From Psilocybe cubensis (Eukaryota), in the NCBI GenBank assembly GCA_017499595.2, contig CM039005.1:434001-498000 (forward strand): DNA of 64,000 bases, read 5' to 3'. The notes beneath the pieces were generated by a model, which was given only the letters and a program-made list of their open reading frames with translations, made no database searches and was not told the origin of the DNA. The translations under genes and the position numbers were made by a program. Position 1 is the first letter of the stretch; each line of letters begins with the position of its first letter. This document shows positions 23,896 to 34,214 of this stretch, piece after piece.

Positions 23896-24550
23896 TCACC
23901 AGCTCCCAAAGTCCTTCCACACTTCATCTATTTTGACTTCCATTCCTTCCAGATATCGTCCTGCACTCATAGCTAGCTTCAAATTCTCTAGAGTCATGAT
24001 GACCCCCTTCCTGATGTACCTTTGGATTGTCTCCTCAAACGCATGGTCTAAATCGAGAATGCTGGCCATCTGCAGTGCAAGAATCCATTCACAACCCAAA
24101 AGCTCGATATTCTCCAGGCCTTTCTTCATATGGACGACAGTGCATAGTTGCTCCTGGAGCGCTTCTTCATCCATCACGACAAACGCTCCAAAATAGAACC
24201 CTGGAACGTTTGGTTGGATAATGTTGGTGTCGTACCACGCAGCGACCTCCTCAATACTTTTCCCAATTAAAGGCGATCGGAAAGGCTGGACTGGTTGGGT
24301 CAACAAGTGAGGTATTTCAGATACGTCTTCTGAGGTCATTATCACCATCCAATCGGAGATGATGAAGTCAGAGCTTTGAAAAGATTCCCGGTTACCCAGT
24401 TTGTGTTCCTCAGTAATCATCAGAAGCGTGTCTAGCTCCTGTAGGGGGTCAGGTTCAATGCGTAAGCATAGGTATGCAGTAGTGGATGGAACATACTGAG
24501 GCTGGGATGTCTGCAGTACAGAAGACGGCACAGCGAGATGTTTGGCCCAT
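23896..24550 (-). CDS. Tandem-array paralog 2, ~200-aa acidic protein of unknown function (possibly remote DUF6924-like)
   Basis: Exon 1 MGQTSRCAVFCTADIPAS, GT-AG intron, exon 2 ELDTLLMITEE...WKDFGSW*. Confidence 0.85.
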
Positions 24551-24679
24551 TGACGGCTATTTGGGATAGTTGCTGTTGGTCAACGGTGTATGTTGAGGTT
24601 AAGTACAATGTTGTGATTCAAATAATGATCTGATCATGAGTCCAGATCTCGTGTGCTAATGGCAGACGCTGGACTATTA

Positions 24680-25331
24680 TGTCATGCAGAAAACAACACA
24701 ACGACTCAGTCGGGAGCTCATTGATCCCCAATAAACATGTTTGATCATCAATATTGGGTGGTAAGATAGGCTGAGGGTACTATGGGGGTAATGGACCTCA
24801 GGCTCCATCGAGAAGGTTTCGTTGTGCGTTACCTAGTGTGCAGCGTGCACACCTCGGACGGCATCATCCACAATCATATATTACAAGGACTTCGACGCCA
24901 GAAGGTGCACACTGTGGATGTGATATTATGTATGTCTGTCAAATACCAAGCGATGTACCCACCGGCGATGTAGAACCGACCTCTAAAATAACATGAAGTC
25001 TTAGGAGAAGCTGGCTGCTGGAGGCTTTAGTGAGGGATGTAGGCAAACATTACCCCTTCCGTGTAACGTGCCGACAATGAAGACATAGTGCTGAGATTCA
25101 GGATATTGATACCTATCCTTACGTCCAAAGTATTCGGGAGAGGATTTGCTGAAGACTATTTGTAAATGCGGCAAGGCTCAGCTCAGCCTTTACGACATGA
25201 CACGAGTTGACGGATTGAGGGCCACTTCGGACTTGAATCAGAAAGTGTACACAGTAAACCATCGAAATTTGATGCAAATAATTCATGAAAAAAAAAATTC
25301 AACAATGTGTAGTGTAAAACGTCATATTGCT
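24680..25331 (-). repeat. Relic array unit: exon-1 remnant plus duplicated upstream/spacer region
   Basis: 24680-25331 aligns by eye with 23265-23895 (e.g. CACAATCATAT..GGACTTCGA.GCCAGA.GGTGCACACTGT; GACGGATTGAGG..CACTTCG); TGCAGAAAACAACACAACGACTC resembles exon 1 of copy 1; exon 2 is absent. Confidence 0.7.
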
Positions 25332-25337
25332 GCGGTC

Positions 25338-26425
25338 TATGGCTGTCCGTTTGCACATTTAATACCAATCTATAAACTTTTTGTCCCATACATAGAAGTC
25401 TCAATTCTACACAATTTCATATACACACTCTAATGTCCCAGATATAGAGAGATGGTTTCCGAACATATAAATCCAGTATCCATACATTCATAGGTTGCAC
25501 CCTCAGATACAACTTTGAATACCATACATATAGTTTTGGTGCCCACATATACAAATTACAATCCCTTACATAGAGAAAACACTCCCTTTTATACATATCT
25601 TGTTGTCTTACTTATGTCTGAAGGTTCCCCGTATGATTATTCTTACCTTTCTTCATCCCGAAGATATACAGTCATTTTTCGGCATTCTGTCTATGCCGTG
25701 CATGCCTAGGCATCGTGAGAATCAGCAAATCTCGGCAAATGTGGACACAAATTACAGTTCATTGCCTGTATGCCTATCAACACATGCTGATTGAACATTA
25801 AAGAGATGCACATTTATCCAATTAATCAGTAAATATATTTCTGTGTAGGCTGATTACAGAAGTAGCTTGTCTTCATAGTTTGAGACGAGTGCTTTGACCA
25901 GCCCAGTTGCCGTGCTAAGGCTTAAAAGGCCTAAGTTGAGGTTGCAGACAGAAAATTGCATTGGAGTAGTCTATATTCAGTCTTATGTGACTTTAATGTA
26001 CGAGTGTTTATGCTGATGATTAATTTTATAATCTTGTAATGACTTTCCTACTTTCTTCACAAGTAGCAATCCACTGCAAGCGGAACGAAAATCGAGTTCC
26101 CACGCCTCTACGGCACGGACGGCACGAATAATATTCATCTGGTCAACTCTATATCTTTGGACAAAAGTTGAGGTACATGCGGAGAGGGTCACAGACTATG
26201 GTACTGAGTTTTTATGTATGGATAGCATACCCTTATGTGTGCAGCTCCCATTCAAACTGAAGGGCATGCAAATACAATGACCGGGATAATTTTTTCTATG
26301 CTCGGAAATTATCTCTCTATAACCGGGACACCAAGGTATGTAGTTGGGTTCAAGAAAAATTGTGATTTATATGTATGGGGAAAGAATTTATACTTTGGTA
26401 TTAAATGTGCAAACGGACAGCCATA
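25338..26425. mobile_element. Non-autonomous DNA transposon (1088 bp) with long TIRs and GCGGTC target duplication
   Basis: 31-bp perfect TIR TATGGCTGTCCGTTTGCACATTTAATACCAA, extending imperfectly to ~140 bp; GCGGTC at 25332-25337 and 26426-26431; removing it restores a site matching the empty site next to copy 2 (TCATATCACTGCCGTCACCA). Confidence 0.88.
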
Positions 26426-26429
26426 GCGG

Positions 26430-27095
26430 TCACCAGTTGTCGAAGTCCTTCCACTCCTCGTTGATTTTGACTTCCATCCCTTCCAAATACCGTCCTGAAT
26501 TCATGGCTAGTTCCAAATTTTCTAACGTCATGAGGATGTTGTTCCTCATGTACTTTTCGATCACTGCATCTTCGAACGGATGATTCAAATTGAGAATGCT
26601 GGCCATATGCAACGCAAGGATCCACTCGCATCCGAGAAGCTCGATGTTTTGGAGGCCTTTCTTCATGTTGACGACAGCACATATTTGCTGCTGGAGGGCA
26701 TCTTCATCCATTACAATAAACGCTCCAGAATAGAACCCGGGAACTTTGGGTTGGATAATATTGGCATCGTACCATGCAGCAATCTCCTCAATGCTCTTTC
26801 CAAGGAATGGCGATCGGAAAGGCTGAATCGGTTGAGTTAAGGAATGAGGAATTTCAGATACGTCTTCCGAGGTCATTATTACCATCCAATTAGAGATGTC
26901 AAAACCGCCGCTTTGAAAGACTTGCGGGGTACCGAACTTGTATTCCTCGGTAATATTTAGAAAAATGTCTAGCTCCTGTGTGCGTTCACGTTTGTTGTGT
27001 AAGTAAGATACATGTACCAGTAGATGCCACTGACTCACTGAGGTTGGAATGTCTACGGTGCAGAAGATGGGGCAACGACGTGTTGGGTGACCCAT
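26430..27095 (-). CDS. Tandem-array paralog 3
   Basis: Exon 1 MGHPTRRCPIFCTVDIPTS, intron, ELDIFLNITEEYK...WKDFDNW*. Confidence 0.85.
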   Translation of the reverse strand: MGHPTRRCPIFCTVDIPTSVSQWHLLVHVSYLHNKRERTQELDIFLNITEEYKFGTPQVFQSGGFDISNWMVIMTSEDVSEIPHSLTQPIQPFRSPFLGKSIEEIAAWYDANIIQPKVPGFYSGAFIVMDEDALQQQICAVVNMKKGLQNIELLGCEWILALHMASILNLNHPFEDAVIEKYMRNNILMTLENLELAMNSGRYLEGMEVKINEEWKDFDNW

Positions 27096-27467
27096 TGACA
27101 GCGAGGTGGGATGGCTGGTTAGCAGTGTATGTCAAGATTAAGTATGATCTTTGTGTATGGATAATTATTTGATCGAAACGCCACATTTCGAATGATTCTG
27201 CATTCGACTAACAAATCTTACCGCCGATGCGAGGAAGCGATATTCAGAAATTACGACGACACCACGGCTAATACCATCCAAAATATAGACGCTTTGGTAA
27301 TTCACTGAGATGAGCAGTCTGTGCCCAGTACTTCTATGGCTAGTTCTGTTGGTTTGAGATTTCATGGTTTGAGAAACGTTTACAATGATGGTTTATTTAT
27401 TCATTCGAACAACAACCAATTCCAGCTAATACATAGTAATGAGGTTTTGAACGTTGTAATAGCTCCA

Positions 27468-28129
27468 TCACCATTTGCTGAAGTCTTTCCACTCCTCGTT
27501 TATTTTGACCTCCATCCCTTCCAGGTACCGTCCTGAACTCATGGCCAGCTTCAAATTGTCTAACGTCATGAGGATTCCATTCCTCGTGTACTTTTCGATG
27601 ACTGACTCGAACGCATGATCCAGGTTGACAATGCTCGCCATTTTTAACGCAAGGATCCATTCGCATCCCAAAATGTCAATATCGTTAGGGCCATTCTTCA
27701 TATTGACGACAGCACATATTTGCTGCTGGAGGGCATCTTCATCCATCACAATAAACGCTCCAGGATAGAATCCGGGAACGTTTGGTTGGATAATATTGGC
27801 ATCGTACCATGCAGCAATCTCCTCGATACTCTTTCCAAGGAATGGCGATAGGAAAGGCTGAACCGGTTGAGTCAACGAACGAGGAATTTCAGATACGTCT
27901 TCCGAGGTCATTATCACCATCCAATTGGAGATGTCAAAACCGCTGCCTTGAAAGATTTGCGGGGTACCGAACTTGTATTCCTCGGTAATATTTAAAAAAA
28001 TGTCTAGTTCCTGTGTGCGTTCATGTTTGCTGCGTAAGAAGATACATGTACCAGTAGATGCCACTGACTCACTGAGGTTGGAATATCTGCAGTGCAGAAG
28101 ATGGGGCAGCGAGGCGTTGGGTGACCCAT
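27468..28129 (-). CDS. Tandem-array paralog 4
   Basis: Exon 1 MGHPTPRCPIFCTADIPTS, intron, ELDIFLNITEEYK...WKDFSKW*; very similar to copy 3 including the upstream region. Confidence 0.85.
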
Positions 28130-28632
28130 TGACGGCGAGGTGGGATGACTGGTTAGTAGTATATGTCAAGATTAAGTATGATCTTTACTTTGTGTATAGA
28201 TAATTATTTGATCGAAAAGCCACGTACCGAATGATTCTGTGTTTGACCAACACGCCCCAGTAAGCGATATTCAAAAATGACACGAACACCACGGCTACAA
28301 TTTGATTCAGAAGAGTGTCGACTCCGCTTTTGTAATTAACTGATGGAGAATAAAAGACTTATCAAATTATCCGCAGAAATCCCTGCATATGGCGTGTTGA
28401 CAATGAGGAAATGATCCCTAGTCTTACGTTCAAGACTTGGGGGAAAGTATTCACCAGTATCCATTTCAGTTTGTGGATACGATGAGTTTGTGGATATGAC
28501 GAGTTTGCTCAATACTGACAATACACACAAGTCAATCATAAATTGTCAGAGACCCGTGGCACTCCCCACAGTCTGAATCAGGAAAAACTGCGTCTGCGAA
28601 CACCACAAAGTCCTGTTGTCTGACCTGGAATA

Positions 28633-29268
28633 CTACCAATATCTGAAATCCTTCCACTCCTCATCGACCGTGACCTCCATACCATCTAGGTACATACCCC
28701 CATTCATAGCGAGCCTGAGATTTGCCTTCGTCATCAGTATATCAAGCCTCATATACTTTTCGATCACTTCTTCAAATGCGTGATCCAAATCAAGGATGAC
28801 CGCCATATCCAGTCCAAGAATAAACTCGCAGCGTAAGATGTCGATGTTATCCGGCCCTTTCTTCATGTTCACAACGGTGCATATTTGTTCTCCAAGCGCT
28901 TCTTCGTCAAGGACTATGAATGATCCCTTAAAGAACCCAGCGGTATTCGGCAATATGATGTTTGCGTGGTACCAAGTGGCGATGTCTTGGGGTGTTTTTC
29001 CAACAAACGGCGTATCAAAAGGTTGAACGGGTCGGGTCAAAAGTTGAGGAATTTCCAAAATATTCTCCGAGGTCATTAGAACCATCCTCTCGGTGACATC
29101 AGAGTTGGACTCCAGGTACTCCTGGCTAACATTTAGCAGAGTGTCTAAAATCTGTGGATAGTGAAAGTAAATCAACATCGACTAAAATTGACTATAAAAC
29201 TGGCTCTTTACAGGAAGTGGAATTTCTGTCGTACAGAAGACTGGGCAGCGATACGGCGGGCGTGTCAT
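28633..29268 (-). CDS. Tandem-array paralog 5 (most divergent)
   Basis: Exon 1 MTRPPYRCPVFCTTEIPLP, intron, ILDTLLNVSQEY...WKDFRYW*; short deletion in the N-terminal variable region. Confidence 0.85.
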
Positions 29269-29601
29269 TGAAGAAAACGGGCTGGGGACGAGTCGCTATT
29301 AAATGTCATTTTTGTGAGCGGATAGATCTCAACTGACCGATCAAGGAATATACTAATTTTCTGGATCGAAGCCTTACATTACTGTGTGCTTGATTCTTTT
29401 CTTCTTTTTCCGTACTCCGTTTACGCGCTCAGGGTATTACTTTATTGTACATGCTGTCAGCTCCGAGTCACCGTCACGGTGGTATACATGGTACTGCCAG
29501 TTTGTAATTTCACGTTTAGAAAAAGACTTAGAGAGACAATTCATTCAATCATGCATCCGGCTCTACCAAAAAACAATTTGAACATCCTAATATTAATTCT
29601 A

Positions 29602-30256
29602 TCACCAGTTGCTGAAGTCCTTCCATACCTCATCTATTTTGACTTCCATTCCTTCCAGATATCGTCCTGCGCTCATGGCTAGCTCCAAATTTTCTAGAGT
29701 CATGATGACCCCCTTCCTGATGTACTTTTGGATTGTATCCTCGAACGCGTGGTTTAAATCGAGAATGCTGGCCATCTGTAGCGCAAGAATCCATTCACAA
29801 CCCAACAGCTCGATATTATTGAGGCCTTTCTTCATATGGACGACGGTGCATATTTGCTCCTGAAGCGCTTCTTCATCCATTACAATAAATGCTCCAGAAT
29901 AGAACCCGGGAACCTTGGGTTGGATTATGTTGGTGTCGTACCACGCAGCAACCTCCTCGATGCTTTTCCCGAGGAATGGAGATCGGAAAGGTTGGACTGG
30001 TTGGGTCAACACATGAGGTATTTCAGATACGTTCTCAGAGGTCATGATCACCATCCAATCGGAGATGATGAAGTCGGAGCTTTGAAAAGATTCTCGGTTA
30101 CCCAGTTTGTGCTCCTCACTAATGATCAGCAGAGTGTCTAGCTCCTGTATGGGGTCAGGTCCAATGCGTAAGTATAGGTATGCAGTAGTGGATGGAACTT
30201 ACTGAGGCTGGGATGTCTGCAGTACAGAAGACAGCACAGCGAGGTGGGCGACCCAT
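29602..30256 (-). CDS. Tandem-array paralog 6
   Basis: Exon 1 MGRPPRCAVFCTADIPAS, intron, ELDTLLIISEEHK...WKDFSNW*; closest to copy 2. Confidence 0.85.
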
Positions 30257-30816
30257 TGACGGCTAGTTGGGAAGGTTGGTTAGTAGTTCCATGATGTATG
30301 CTGATGTTAAGTACAATGTTTATAATGATCGGATCAAAGAAGCCAGAACTCGAACTATTCTGGACTTGGAAATTGGAATAGAATGACCACCAGGACTGCT
30401 GTCAAGAGTGTGGGTGCTTTGATAATGAACAGATTGACATCCAGCACTCAGTATCTGTGTATTCAAGCTCCTAATTTATAAACAAAAATCGCATAACCCG
30501 GCAGAAATCTAGAAAATCTTTTATCCAGAAGGTGTAAATCGCTGTTATATCTCTGCCGAGTGCAGGCGCATCACATACACTTGTGGACAGTGTACTTACA
30601 AGCGCGTTATTCAGTTGTAACGGACTTCCTGAGTTATGAGCCCACAGTAGTTTATCCTCAGACTACCCATTGAGTCGACAAAATATGGTTACCACCTGCC
30701 TCCTGGGTAGACATACAAGTATATATTATATTACTAGACTGAAATCAGTGTATCTTCACCCCTTCGCTGGCCGAAGGATATCCATATACCAACTCAACTG
30801 AAGAGTCACGATAAAA

Positions 30817-32482
30817 ATGGCCGGGACAATCAAAATTTCCCTTACTACCTTCATTTTCTTATTCTATCTACTTCTATCCACTGGTGGTGCCCCTTTACCT
30901 CCAAACGAAGCCGAAGAAAAATTACGCCCTCTGCCCGGGAGATATGACCAACATTACGACTCGGAAACTGGTATAGTCACAGCTTATTATGGCGATGACA
31001 AGCTTCCAGAGCATATGGCTCATGTACAATTCAATCAAGCCCTTCATCCAGAGAATCGAAAACCTATGCCGGTTGCAGACAGTGAAACCAATAGGTTAAA
31101 TCGGGCAAATGCATTGCGCGGTATACCTCATGGAGGGCCATTTCGAGAGTATGCACCATCGCTGGGTGACCGCGTCCGCGATGAAAAGCAACCTGCCATG
31201 TTTGACAACGAACATCATTCAACTACAACGACGGTTCAATATGTTCCAGATCGCGAATCCAGTAAGTACACTGATAACACTGGTAACTTATTGTGCGATG
31301 AGTTGGTACTAATTTGGTTGTAGCAGCCGAAGGCGGGCTTCTGAATGGAGCAAAAAGGCTGATGATCCAACATAATGCACTGGGGACGGTTCGAGCAAAC
31401 CCGGGCTGGCTCCCACTTGATCCCAAGCAGCGCATTGGCCATGAAGCGCCTGCACGCCTTAATTCACAAACTCAGAAACCTAAGGATGAAGAAAAGGCTT
31501 CCAACACCAAGTCAAAGAAGAAAAAAGTCGTTCTGAAAAAGTTAAGAATTCCCAAAAGGTACATACCATACGTTATCGGCCTGTTCTGCCTTCTGGCAAG
31601 GTGCTACGCTATCGCGATGGTGTTTCATCCAAGCCCGCTAGTTCCCGGGCCAAAAAGGCGAGGTCAAGGAATACCCGAAAGAAGTCATATCTCCACCCAG
31701 GTCGCGTCGCAGAAAAGGATCATGTTTGGAAGCCAGAAAACTTTCAACCTTCAAAGGATGACCATGCTTCGCACTTTGGAGCTCCTGTACCAATATCAAA
31801 CTCAGACACTCGCCAACCACCACGTCCACAAGATAGAGCGCATTACGAACGTTTGCTGGCAGAGAAGGCTCAGAAATTCAACAAAGACCATCCTCCACCA
31901 GCGGCACATTCTCTTCATAATCTCGTAGAATCTCACAGTCATGATAAGCCGATTTCGAAGCCTGGAGAAACTGCAGAAGAGCGGAAACAAAAGTTCGTGG
32001 AGGACCTCGACAAGAAGATTAAGGCCGACAGATTAAAGTCAAAGATCGACAAATTCAACGCGGCACATCCTCCAGCAAAGATACATCAAACTGCAGAGGC
32101 GCCTGCAAGGTTGGAGAGCCATGGCTTTAAGCAGCAGCCTAGTAAGCCGGTTGGCCGCCGACGTGGACGGAGCCGACAGCGTGCGAAGTCAAACTCCAGG
32201 TCTTCGACTGGTTCAAAAAACAAGTCGACCGGACCCCGCCGCGCTTCATCATTGTCGGTACAGCCTGAGAGTGGCAAAGTTCATGGCAAGGGGCAGCACA
32301 CATCCACAGCTACCCCGGCTAATCAAAAGGCAAAGGCAGATCAACATGATCGTTCCAGTCATCACAATGTTAACAAATCAAAGCCTTCCTCTTCGAAAGT
32401 ACAGTCGTCGAGAAGCCGGTCGAAATCTCCAGGAGGTCATCGTGGATCAGGGAAGGGGAAGAAGAAAGGTGGAAGAAAGTAA
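30817..32482 (+). CDS. Secreted NucA/NucB-like (beta-beta-alpha-metal) deoxyribonuclease with a long basic tail; apparent frameshift at the A6 run 31521-31526
   Basis: Signal peptide MAGTIKISLTTFIFLFYLLLSTGG|AP. Motifs LPEHMAHV, NRANALRGIP, RDEKQPAM and TVQYVPDRES|TAEGGLL parallel Bacillus NucB (YPETGAHI, R..SLKGIP, RDEWPMAM, SVRYV...DNRGAG, recalled from memory). Intron 31262-31323. EAPARL recurs on both sides of the frame change. Confidence 0.65.
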
Positions 32483-33360
32483 TTTACACACTATCCACGT
32501 CTGTCATTACTTGGAAATGTGAATTTTGGATTATTATCCTTGATGAACTTTGCTCAACGATTCCCGAAGTGGGCACACCTTGCACATTCGATGAGTGACC
32601 AGCGATATTTGCCTGAATACGTACATTCAAGAATTGAAGATTAATTCGACATCGTGCGCCCTAAACAATCTGAGAAACTGTTGTGTCTCAAGGTCTGGCT
32701 TTAACGATGAGATATCAATAACCCCAATCATTGAATGTACATGTTCATGGCGACAGATCATTGGCGTGTTTCCTTGTATCGACTCGATGAAGCAGAAGCA
32801 GAATACGAGAAAGAAAACTTGAGTGATCCATCTTTAACTTTGAAGTGAGCCTATGCCATCCATATACGTGGGAGAATCGTAGAATATCGAGAGAGAGAGT
32901 AAAGGAAAGCCTCAAAATGAACGCCAGAGACGCGGTGTAGGTAAAACGACGAGGCAGGAAACAGCGTGAATCACAACCCTGAGAAGAAAACTGCCATATG
33001 CGGAACTTGCCGAACCTATACCCACGCTCGGACCCTCGGTGGAAGAAAGGGATTGTGTAAAAGTGCAACGTCCCTCGTTGCAAATAATATGCTGCTTGTA
33101 CGTTCATTGCTAGGAACGTAATATATATACATAAAATAATGAATAGACGGAAGATGATTTGGATTGCTAAATCCAGTTCATTGAACGAGTAGCCAATGCT
33201 ACTGTGTTCCAAGTTCCAACTTCAACAAGGAATATAACACATCGCTTCTCAACGGTATCAGAAGGTTTGATCACAGTTCAAATAGAATAACATTGTTTAT
33301 ATATTACATTATGTGGAGGATAAATGCACAATAACTAGGGTATTTGATAACTTAAGTCAT

Positions 33361-33815
33361 TCAGGTATTCTTGTTGATCTCCTGTTGAGCTTGACCTTTA
33401 TCGTGTCGAGCATTTCCTGTGATGAAAAAAAGACGATGAATAAACATTTGAAAAAGGGCACTAAAAAGCACATTTACCTGCAGCTTGCTGAGACTTGTCA
33501 CCAGTGATGGCACCGACGATTGAGTCTTTCTTGCCACTGATCCGGTCGGTGGTCCCTTCGGCGTATCCTTTGGCCTGGGCAGCTTTGTACTCGGCCTCGC
33601 CAGCGGCGTGCTCTTCTTTTCCGGACTGCTGCCACGATGTGGCCCCGGTTACGTTGCCGATAGCTTCGACTACGTTTCCTTTGGTGGAGTGGAATTGCCC
33701 TGTGGTCTTGCTATACATGGCAATGTGGATTAAGCAAAATTTCAAAAAAGTTGAATCGGTACAGTACGTACTTGGGCTCTCCAGAAACAGTGTTGTTGAA
33801 AGCTGATGATGCCAT
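33361..33815 (-). CDS. CsbD-like small stress protein (Hmp1 'mismatched base pair and cruciform DNA recognition protein' family), 3 exons
   Basis: [88 protein letters not shown]. Confidence 0.85.
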
Positions 33816-34214
33816 GTTTTTAAAGTAGGTTTGATAGGTGCGATGCGTTTAAAAGGCGGGAATTTGATGAGTACATTGGCATTCTGTTGCCCTCCTTTAT
33901 ACGCATTTCGAGGGCGATTTCGGATCCAAACTACCTTAATTCCGTTCATTCTGCAATTACGATTGTGTAGGCGAGGTCGACAAAAGCCCCATTGGTGACA
34001 TCATACGTCTGAGTCGTGAACAAGCGCCGATGATGTTCACAGACGTCACAGTCAGCTCGCTAACGATGACATCATAGCTTATTTGAATTATGCCCAAGTC
34101 ATTTCTGGTTCTTCATCGCTCCTTTTCGCAAAGCTTGCGACTAAATTCCCACAGCTGCTGCGGTCTCAGGCGGTCTTGGGTTTATGAGGAAAGAGGTAGC
34201 GTCTTAAATAACAG

